From Pecten maximus (lineage: Eukaryota): a stretch of 64,000 nucleotides of DNA. Positions 23,953 through 35,900 of the stretch are shown in pieces. Where the stretch lies: NCBI RefSeq assembly GCF_902652985.1, contig NC_047032.1, positions 5,580,001-5,644,000 of the forward strand, written 5' to 3'. Below the pieces are notes generated by a model, which saw nothing but the letters and a program-made list of their open reading frames with translations, had not been told where the DNA came from and made no database searches. The first letter of the stretch is position 1. Each line of letters begins with the position of its first letter. Position numbers and translations under genes: made by a program.

Positions 23953-26900
23953 CTGTAAAGAGAATTTTAGTGTGGAGTAAAAATCGACAAGGCAACTAAG
24001 ATGTGGTTCTGTAAATGCAAAATGTAAACTTGTAAACTTAATTCGCTTAACAAGTTTTATCATTATTCAACTTATATTGATCAATCTGGGCCTGGATTGA
24101 AGGATCTGAGTGGTCTTATTGTCAGAGGAAACCAGAGTACCTGAGTAAAACCCATGTGGCCAATACCTGTTCATGTCCGATCACGATATCAAACCCCAGC
24201 CGCCTATGTGGCCGGGCAGGTGACCAATACCTGTTCATGTCGGATCACGTTATCAAACCCCAGCCGCCTATGTGGCCGGGCAGGTGACCAATACCTGTTC
24301 ATGTCGGATCAGGATATCAAAGCCCAGCAGCCTATGTGGACATGCCTGTGTGATACCACTGTACCACTAACATGTAAGGGGAAATGGTTCAGGGAGCACA
24401 TCTTACTTGGTCACAGTGGGTAAATATTATTGATATATATTGACACAGTTTCGTGAGGATCACATCAGCTCAGCAGTTCCTGAGATAAGCTAGTTTCATT
24501 GCATTTGGATGGACAGGACGGGCATAGGTACCTCTCCCCCTCCACTCAATTTAATAATATGATTTGTTCATGTACAATGATCTATATGATCCTTTTGCAA
24601 CTAACTGTATAACTATGTCATTGAAGTTTGAGACAAAATATGAGATAATTCAGAATGGATAACAACTCACCTCCCATAACAAATGGTTTTGCCAGAAATT
24701 TCATTTCACTTTCGCCCTCATGTGACAGATTGCTGCTCGACAGATTATCCTCCTCTTCGGGCTCCTGGGGGTCAATGGGATCCACTTCAATATCCTTTGG
24801 TTTTGGTGTTGCCTCCTGCTCTGGGGCAAGTGTAGAACCAACTGTAAGCAAAGAATCTTCATGAAAATTCACGTAAGTGAAAAGCAGATTTTTTAAAGGA
24901 TAGTTTGTTTTTTATTACCTTTAAAAACACATTATTTGCTTTCCTTTCATGATTCGTTGATGCAGACAGAAAGTCAACAAATAAAAGCTTCAAACTAATT
25001 TTCAAGTTTTTTTTTTTTTTTTTTTTCAACATATGTAATTTAAATTATATTTTAATAAGTTCCTTTAAATTGTTACAGATCATTTATACCTGTTTTTTCA
25101 TTATTATTTACAGAATTTAGTTTTGAGTACATAATGTTTGGAGAATTTTCTTCAAATGATTATATCAGAGAACTTTTATTCATCTTTTTTTAGTTTCAAT
25201 GTTTTATCAAATCTACACTCTGGGTGGAGTAAATATGTTTCCTTAGTAATTTTTCAAAAGTTCCACATTTTGTTGGATCAAGGGAAGTAACTCCAACTGT
25301 TTACACTGTAGCGTAACCAGTAATCAAGAAAGACAACTGTAGCAGGTTAATGTATTCTGATGTCCAATGTGTAGGTATGGAAAAGCTCCATAGCATAAGA
25401 AAAAGGATAAAAATTGATAGAAACAGGACAGCTAAAATGATGCATGCAAATGTTAGTAGAGAAAGAGAAAATGTAAATACAACATGCCAAAAATATACAA
25501 AATGCTAGGCCAAAGAAATCAATGTGGTTCGGCTAATGAATCACCGTGTTACCAGGTATTCTGCAACTCAAGTCGCCAAACATTCGCGTACTTGAGTTTA
25601 CAAGAATTACCCTGTATTCTTCTGCTGGAGTATGAAGAATACTGGTAGTCAACGAATACAGCATTACTGAGTTGACTCATTCAGGGCCTCTTTTAGAGGA
25701 ATACCAAACTTTTAATTTCCTTGACCTTCCTCAGTGACTTACTGTGGTTAAATTAGAATACTCTAACATTTCTATAGGTGTTAGTTCACACAGCTACCAT
25801 CCAGTCCACTCATGCTGTGTTTTGGCAGTTACTCAATAAATTTCCAGGCCATTAATCAATGAATATTCAAATCATTAATTTATAATTTATTAATATTCAG
25901 AATATTCCTTGATGACTATTTAGACCAATTGTCAATGAATATTCAAATCATTAACTTATTAATATTCAGAATATTCCTTGATGACTATTTAGACCAATAA
26001 CCAATGAATATTCAAATCATTAATTTATTAATATTCAGAATATTCCTTGATGACTATTTAGACCAATTATCAATGAATATTCAAACCATTAATACAAATT
26101 TCAAATCAATTTTTTGATCAGAGTTACTTGAATTTTCCTGAAAATATTGATGAGCGCAATAAATATTTGAGTCAGCCAAAGGCTGATGAGATAAACGGAG
26201 GGAATGATACATGGATCTGTTACTATTGCAGTACTGGTAGTTATACAACTAACAGAGCTTGATTTTCTGTATGTGTTACTTAGTTGTATGTTTATCATAG
26301 AACACTCATTCAAATTGTAAAACACCTATTATCAAAACAAAGCAAGTCCAACAGAACGTAATAATTCACTCAAGTGATAATTGATATTATTCACATCCTC
26401 ACCATAGGAATCAACCAATCCCCTACCCAAAAATTCTCTAACACAGCAGTACATCCCTCCTTGGCCCTGCTAAACAGCTCACTCCTCCAAAACAGCTGTT
26501 AAATCTCATCCCTACCCAACCCCTCCAAAACAGCAATCTCTAACCCCTGCCTAGCCCCTCCTACAACGATCTTTAACCCCTGCCTAGCCCCTCCAAAACA
26601 GCAATCTCTAAACCATACCTAGCCCCTCCTAAACAACAATCTATAACCCCTGCCTAGCCCCTCCTACAACAATCTATAACCCTTGCCTAGCCCCTCCTAC
26701 AACAATCTCTAACCCCTGCCTAGCCCCTGCCTAGCCCCTGCCTAGCCCCTCCTACAACAATCTCTAACCCCTGCCTAGCCCCTCCTACAACAATCTCTAT
26801 CCCCTGCCTAGCCCCTCCTACAACAATCTATAACCCCTGCCTAGCCCCTCCTAAACAACAATCTATAACCCCTGCCTAGCCCCTCCTACAACAATCTCTA

Positions 26901-29900
26901 TCCCCTGCCTAGCCCCTCCTACAACAATCTATAACCCGTGCCTAGCCCCTCCTACAACAATCTCTAACCCCTGCCTAGCCCCTCCTAAACAACAATCTAT
27001 AACCCCTGCCTAGCCCCTCCTAAACAACAATCTATAACCCCTGCCTAGTCCCTCCTACAACAATCTATAACCCCTGCCTAGTCCCTCCTACAACAATCTA
27101 TAACCCTTGCCTAGCCCCTCCTACAACAATCTATAACCCCTGCCTAGCCCCTCCTACAACAATCTATAACCCCTGCCTAGTCCCTCCTAAACAACAATCT
27201 ATAACCCCTGCCTAGTCCCTCCTACAACAATCTATAACCCCTGCCTAGCCCCTCCTAAACAACAATCTATAACCCCTGCCTAGTCCCTCCTACAACAATC
27301 TATAACCCCTGCCTAGCCCCTCCTACAACAATCTATAACCCCTGCCTAGCCCCTCCTAAACAACAATCTCTAACCCCTGCCTAGCCCCTCCTACAACAAT
27401 CTATAACCCCTGCCTAGTCCCTCCTACAACAATCTATAACCCCTGCCTAGTCCCTCCTACAACAATCTCTAACCCCTGCCTAGCCCCTCCTAAACAACAA
27501 TCTATAACCCCTGCCTAGTCCCTCCTACAACAATCTCTATCCCCTGCCTAGCCCCTCCTACAACAATCTATAACCCCTGCCTAGCCCCTCCTACAACAAT
27601 CTCTATCCCCTGCCTAGCCCCTCCTACAACAATCTCTAACCCCTGCCTAGCCCCTCCTACAACAATCTCTAACCCCTGCCTAGCCCCTCCTACAACAATC
27701 TATAACCCCTGCCTAGCCCCTCCTACAACAATCTATAACCCCTGCCTAGCCCCTCCTACAACAATCTATAACCCCTGCCTAGCCCCTCCTACAACAATCT
27801 CTAACCCCTGCCTAGCCCCTCCTAAACAACAATCTATAACCCCTGCCTAGCCCCTCCTACAACAATCTCTATCCCCTGCCTAGCCCCTCCTACAACAATC
27901 TATAACCCCTGCCTAGCCCCTCCTACAACAATCTCTATCCCCTGCCTAGCCCCTCCTACAACAATCTCTAACCCCTGCCTAGCCCCTCCTACAACAATCT
28001 ATTACCCCTGCCTAGTCCCTCCTACAACAATCTATAACCCCTGCCTAGCCCCTCCTACAACAATCTATTACCCCTGCCTAGTCCCTCCTACAACAATCTA
28101 TAACCCCTGCCTAGTCCCTCCTACAACAATCTCTATCCCCTGCCTAGTCCCTCCTACAACAATCTATAACCCCTGCCTAGCCCCTCCTACAACAATCTCT
28201 AACCCCTGCCTAGTCCCTCCTACACCAATCTCTAACCCCTGCCTAGCCCCTCCTAAACAACAATCTATAACCCCTGCCTAGCCCCTCCTACAACAATCTA
28301 TAACCCCTGCCTAGCCCCTCCTACAACAATCTATTACCCCTGCCTAGCCCCTCCTACAACAATCTCTAACCCCTGCCTAGCCCCTCCAAAACCCTTCCAA
28401 AACTGTCATTTCTTACCCTCCTCCCATCGTTCAATCAAGTCATATTCCTTATTCCTCCAGAGTAGTTGACAATCCACCCCCCCCCCCCCCCCCTACCCCC
28501 TCGGGAACAGCAGGCACACCCCCAACCCTCCCTACCCCCTCGGGAACAGCAGGCAGTCACCATCCCTGGCCAGCTGTTGTTGTACTTACATTCTGTATCA
28601 ATATAGTCAATGATAAGTGGTGGATCTGTATCGACTACGTACTGAAAAACAAAACAAACCACAGTTGTTAACAAATAGATCAGAGGTCAACAACATCAAT
28701 CAGTGATATTCATAAACTTATTATATCCTTTTTATCCTAGGCTCAAATACAATAACTACCAACGGTTAAAACAAGCTTCATTAAAGGTGTCTTATTTTCT
28801 CTTTTTACTTTTAATTCTGATGCAGCATTCTACTTCCTTACATATCTCTATCTAAAAACTAACAAAACTATTACTGACTTTGTCATTAATCTTCATTTGT
28901 ATTGATTTTTCCATCTAAATATTTTCTATCTTTTTCAGGGGGATCCATTTGGAGATTTTTAAGCCTAAGTTCGAATTCAAATTTTTGAAATCTTTTTGAC
29001 ATCTTGAAGTCTTTCTGAACCCTATTACCACTGATAAAGGAATTTCCAATTCTGCTGACAGTTAATTTGGTATTTAAGTAAGTCTTGCAGGTGTATGTTT
29101 AAGTCACCAAAATTATCACTGAATGCTACAGATGTACAGCCCATGACCCTATATGGTATTTAATACTTATTGTCAATGGACAGTTTTATCATCCTCTCAA
29201 GTGTTGAAAACAAGTACAAAAGTGAAACAATCAGCTAATAAGCTGAGGTTTGTTGTACTTGTGAGACTAAATTCTAGTAGCTGCATGCTACAGATATATA
29301 TATATATATATATATATCACTCACTGGAGCAGACAGATCTCTCTCCATAAGGCCTAGTCATTTCATTTTAATTCACAGCCTCCATTTTATTAAATAAATG
29401 ATGCATCACATATAAAAACACATAGAAATTCCTTTTCAAACTGTTTTTTTTTATGTACACCTGCAGTCTCACTTCAATATGTCAAAGTTATGCACTAACA
29501 TTTTAAGAGCTTGTTGGATATGAACAGTTTGTGAGAGCTTGTTGGATATGAACAATTTGTGAGAGCTTGTTGGATATGTACAGGCTGTGAGAGCTTGTTG
29601 GCACATGTATGGGTTGTAAGAGCTTGTTGGATATGTACAGTTTGTGAGAGCTTGTTGGATATGTAGTATGTGAGAGCTTGTTAGATATGTACAGTTTGTG
29701 AGAGCTTGTTGAATATGTACAGCTTGTGAAAGTTTGTTGGATATGTACAGTTTGTGAGAGCTTGTTGCACTTATACTAGTTATGAGAGCTTGTTGGATAT
29801 GTAAAGTTTGTGAGAGCTTGTTGGCATATGTATGAGTTATGAGAGCTTGTTTGATATGTACAGCTTGTGAGAGCTTGTTGGATATGTAGTTTGTGAGAGC

Positions 29901-32900
29901 TTGTTAGATATGTACAGTTTGTGAGAGCTTGTTGAATATGTAGTTTGTGAGAGCTTGTTAGACATGTACAGTTTGTTGGATATGTAGTTTGTGAGAGCTT
30001 GTTGAATATGTAGTTTGTGAGAGCTTGTTAGACATGTACAGTTTGTTGGATATGTACAGTTTGTGAGAGCTTGTTAGACATGTACAGTTTGTGAGAGCTT
30101 GTTGAATATGTAGTTTGTGAGAGCTTGTTAGATATGTAGTTTGTGAGAGCTTGTTGAATATGTAGTTTGTGAGAGCTTGTTGGATATGTAGTTTGTGAGA
30201 GCTTGTTGAATATGTAGTTTGTGAGAGCTTGTTGGATATGTAGTTTGTGAGAGCTTGTTAGACATGTACAGTTTGTTGGATATGTACAGTTTGTGAGAGC
30301 TTGTTGAATATGTACAGCTTGTGAAAGTTTGTTGGATATGTACAGTTTGTGAGAGCTTGTTGCACTTATACTAGTTATGAGAGCTTGTTGGATATGTAAA
30401 GTTTGTGAGAGCTTGTTGGCATATGTATGAGTTATGAGAGCTTGTTTGATATGTACAGCTTGTGAGAGCTTGTTGGATATGTAGTTTGTGAGAGCTTGTT
30501 AGATATGTACAGTTTGTGAGAGCTTGTTGAATATGTAGTTTGTGAGAGCTTGTTAGATATGTAGTTTGTGAGAGCTTGTTGAATATGTAGTTTGTGAGAG
30601 CTTGTTGGATATGTAGTTTGTGAGAGCTTGTTGGATATGTAGTTTGTGAGAGCTTGTTGGATATGTAGTTTGTGAGAGCTTGTTAGATATGTACAGTTTG
30701 TGAGAGCTTGTTGAATATGTAGTTTGTGAGAGCTTGTTAGACATGTACAGTTTGTTGGATATGTAGGATATGTAGTTTGTGAGAGCTTGTTGAATATGTA
30801 GTTTGTGAGAGCTTGTTAGACATGTACAGTTTGTTGGATATGTAGTTTGTGAGAGCTTGTTGGATATGTATGGGTTGTGAGAGCTTGTTAGACATGTACA
30901 GTTTGTGAGAGCTTGTTGAATATGTAGTTTGTGAGAGCTTGTTGAATATGTAGTTTGTGAGAGCTTGTTGAATATGTAGTTTGTGAGAGCTTGTTAGACA
31001 TGTACAGTTTGTTGGATATGTACAGTTTGTGAGAGCTTGTTGAATATGTAGTTTGTGAGAGCTTGTTAGACATGTACAGTTTGTTGGATATGTAGTTTGT
31101 GAGAGCTTGTTAGACATGTACATGATAAAAGAAAATAAGAGCTCTTTAAATACATATATATTGCCAGAGCTCATTGGATATAACCAGCTTGTGTTGACCT
31201 AATGAAAAGCACCAGTCATGACAAGAGAATGCCTTTATTTCAGGCTGTGTTTTTCCTTAAACAATATCCTCTTTATTCTTACTATGATTCCATAACTCTG
31301 ATATGTATGTAGGTATCTTTGTAGCAGTATTTCTAGCAGAAATTGCAGAAAAGTAATAAAACCAAATAAAAATGTCTATAGATAGTGAATTTTTTAAAAA
31401 TCTTACAAAATCATTAAATTATTTTTAATTGATGGGTCGTATACCACTCGTTAAAACAGGTGCTAGTATTAGGTCTAGTATGTTACAGATACTTACTCCA
31501 TTGTCAGGTTTCTTGCTAGGCTTGCTAGTGACAGGTCCTGGAGTCGTGTTGGCCTTAGTTGTCATTGTCTTTACTGTAGTTGCTACACAGGCACAAAATA
31601 TCACATTTATTTTTCCCCATTGTACAATAAGAATGTTACTCTCCGTCAACTAAGACATCAAACCACCTGTACAGAAGCCCTCAAAATACATCTGGACAAT
31701 GTTAAACATGTCATCCCATTGATTTCATTTTGATTTCAAACTTTTTACCAACATTGTTGTTTTATCATTCAAATTCCATTGAAAGTGTGACAATGGCATT
31801 TTTGTGTGTGATTACCTTGTCATTGATTTGTCTTAACAATCTCCGGAATTGACGACATGATAAGGTGTTGGAAAACACAAGCTTGTTGCAGTGGTAAAGT
31901 TATAAAAAGAATCTATTCTACGCAACATCCGATTAATTGTAAACATGCAATAGTAGACCCTGATCAGATGACCTGATCACATGATCAGGTCATGTGACCT
32001 GATCACATGACATGTAGCAACGGATGAGGTGGAAACATGCAACATTAATATTGAACTGTTAACAACTACAATAACAAGGGAATTAAATGTCATGATTCGC
32101 ACCAAATCAACTCATAGCGCAACAAATTGTGACAAAAATCACTTGCCATGTGCTTTTCCAAAAATAAAAGATGTGAAAGATGATGTTGAATGATGATTTC
32201 AGGCAACAGACAATAGAAGATAGTTTATATTTGTATTCCAGGTTAACTGTGTGTCTACAATGAGTAGGATTTGAACGACCCAATGCTGTAAACACAATGT
32301 TTTTTCTGTTTTCCATGCCTTAATGTCCATTGCTATCTATTCCATTTTATTGATTTAAAGAAATGAGCAAAACTAGAAACAGCAAATATTTTTGATTTGG
32401 CCTAATGACACAAAACACGGTAGCACAAACCCAACTTCAAAGGTCTGCAGTGTAAATATTGACTCAACATGATTAAGACTGTATACCCCTGCTTAGAAAC
32501 TAAATTTAACGGTGGTACTCGCAACAAAAAATACATTCTTGGTATGTGTTATTTTCAAAGATTTTTTCTCTAATTTGAATCTACATTAGCAATGCATATA
32601 TATATATATATGTGTGTGTTGGTGATCCGAAGATATAGATTTGAATTTCCTGTCGTAGTTGTACAGAGAGAAATATATATAATATATGAATACATTGCGA
32701 TCCAGATATTCATATCATCTTATAGACGACTTCCACAATGATCATGTCAGGGTATAGGGCCGACCATCTCTGCGCCATTGAAACATTCTTTTTTGAAGAA
32801 CGCCGATGTGGCGCAGCGGTATAAGCTGCGGGTATTTCTGGCTAGGCGATTGGGTGCCGTAGATCGTGAGTTCGAGGCCCGGTCAGGGCACGAGTCAAAA

Positions 32901-35900
32901 AGTTGTCTTCCTTCGTCATTTGTGTTTCTAAGCTATATATATATATATATATATTTAACTACCCCATGAAACTCTACATCACCCTGTGTTAGTCTACAGT
33001 ACCCCGTGTAAGTCTACAGTACCCTGTGTAAGTCTACAGTACCCTGTGTAAGTTACCCTGTGTAAGTCTAAAGTCCCCTGTGTAAGTCTACAGTACCCTG
33101 TGTAAGTCTACATCACCCTGTGTAAGTCTACATCACCCCGTGTAAGTATACAGTCCCCTGTGTAAGTCTACAGTACCCTGTGTAAGTCTACATCACCCTG
33201 TGTAAGTCTACAGTACCCTGTGTAAGTCTACAGTACCCTGTGTAAGTCTACAGTACCCTGTGTAAGTCTACAGTCCCCTGTGTAAGTCTACATCACCCTG
33301 TGTAAGTCTACAGTCCCCTGTGTAAGTATACAGTCCCCTGTGTAAGTCTACATCACCCCGTGTAAGTATACAGTCCCCTGTGTAAGTCTACAGTACCCTG
33401 TGTAAGTCTACAGTCCCCTGTGTAAGTATACAGTACCCCGTGTAAGTCTACATCACCCCGTGTAAGTATACAGTCCCCTGTGTAAGTCTACAGTACCCTG
33501 TGTAAGTCTACAGTCCCCTGTGTAAGTATACATTACCCTGTGTAAGTCTACATCACCCTGTGTAAGTCTACAGTCCCCTGTGTAAGTCTACATCACCCTG
33601 TGTAAGTCTACAGTACCCTGTGTAAGTATACAGTCCCCTGTGTAAGTCTACAGTACCCTGTGTCAGTCTACAGTCCCCTGTGTAAGTATACAGTCCCCTG
33701 TGTAAGTCTACAGTACCCTGTGTCAGTCTACAGTCCCCTGTGTAAGTATACAGTACCCTGTGTAAGTCTACATCACCCCGTGTAAGTATACAGTCCCCTG
33801 TGTAAGTCTACAGTACCCTGTGTAAGTCTACATCACCCTGTGTAAGTCTATAGTACCCTGTGCAAGTCTACAGTACCCTGTGTAAGTCTACAGTACCCTG
33901 TGTAAGTCTACAGTACCCTGTGTAAGTATACAGTCCCCTGTGTAAGTCTACATCACCCTGTGTAAGTCTACAGTCCCCTGTGTAAGTCTACAGTACCCTG
34001 TGTAAGTCTACAGTCCCCTGTGTAAGTATACAGTCCCCTGTGTAAGTCTACAGTCCCCTGTGTAAGTCTACAGTACCCTGTGTTATCTTTTTGATTTTCC
34101 TCACAGACATCCTTACATTTATACACAAAATACACAAATGTGCAGGATACAAAAATAAAGATTTCCAGGGCAAATTAATATGAGACAGATCGGTGACCTT
34201 ATTGATCATTAATGACAACATATGGGTCCTGAAGAAGTACCTCATATAGAAACAGTAACAAACTTACAGAAATTACTCATTTGTTATAAACTACCGTTAT
34301 AGAAGTTTTAAAACTAAAACTTCACATGATACCGTGTACAAAATTTGATGACAAAGTTTGCTATGTACAAGTGCAATTTACAATACTTGTGCAATGCTAC
34401 AAGAAGATAAACCAGCTAGATATTAAATGAGAAAGTAGAAGACAAAATCACCGATATATAAAACAGAGTTAGAAAATACAAACCACCTACAGTTAAACGA
34501 GAAAAGGATTTCCCTGTCATCTACCCACCACAAACAACATGACAAGGTGATTAGGAATCTATCAGACATATTAACACTACATACAAAGTACTGACATTTC
34601 CGAGTGACATTTCTGGTCTATTTCAACCATATCTATAGCCTGGCTGTGTCTCCGGATCACCAATTGGGAGTCTACACACCTACTCAAACTTCAAATGTAT
34701 CAAATTCTTTTTGCCCAGTTTTTTTTTTCCTACAATTTCCGATTCCATTTTTAGGAAATTTTATATGGTCTTAATTTCCGAGGGACATTTTAATAATATT
34801 CAAATATTACCTTTTTTTGTTAACTGTTTTAAATTTTTTGCTCATGGTTCAAGAATCACTCCTAACAATACTAATTATTTTTTTATACTTCTTCGTGAAG
34901 TTTTATTTAGAAGTTGAAATGATTTTTGTTATTGACAACAAAAGACATTTGAAAATATTTTTTGGGAGTTTGCTAAGCCCAATACCAGTAAAGGAGGATA
35001 TCTGTCTGAATCCTTTGAAGTAGATGAATGTATAATGGAAGGAGCTAAAGTGGGATGAATACCTTTACAATTAGGTGTTTTTGACGAGCGCACACGTGTG
35101 TTGTGACGTTCATTTCCTTTGTCATCCACACACCAACAGTCTCCCTCGAAACACTGGATGTCTTCAAACTCTCCGTCGATGGTACACCGCGGAGGGTAAG
35201 TTCCAAGCTTACCCCAGCTGTTCTTGAGGAGTAGGAATACACACTTTTTTATCGTTGAACCTGGAACAACAAACCGTTAACGCTTCATATAAAAGGGGAG
35301 ACAGAATAAATCAGCTACGTCCAGACAATGAAAAACAGACAGAAACAGTTAAAAACTGTTGGTTTTCTTACTAGGTTAAAAATAAATTCAAATAAATTTG
35401 AATTCCAGTGATTATTGTAATGATCCAGTCAGTTGTTGGTGTACACCTTTATAACCCATGGTACTGATACCACACATGTTTCTGGACTTCCTTAGATGGA
35501 CACAATGACAAGAAAATATTTTTCTCTTTTATTCTCTAGTTGAAAGCTTTTTTGACTCATCAGCTTGAAAGCTTGACAACGAGGGGAAAAAGCTAGGTGT
35601 GGATAAAGGAAAATGCTGAAATGTGTGGCTATATATAAACTTTTTAATGCTTCATGTATTATCCCAGACAACTACGGTAAATGTGAGACCTTGATTTAGT
35701 TATATAACATTGTCTGTTATGAGTCCTATGTTAAATGTCACCTTGTCTGCTCTACTTTTGGAATGGTACTTGGGTTGTATACGGAAGTTGAAACCTACAA
35801 CTAGATGCATGGTTGTAGTATATTTTTTTCTGTTACAACTACGATAGGTAGACTGTTTTGTGGGTCTGTAAAATTCTGGATAGATAAGACTGTTTTGTGG

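Noticed and set aside
34585-34671. Possible extra 87-nt phase 1-1 exon ([29 protein letters not shown])
   Set aside because: Open and symmetric, but the acceptor is purine-rich, it has an unpaired Cys, and the model does not need it.
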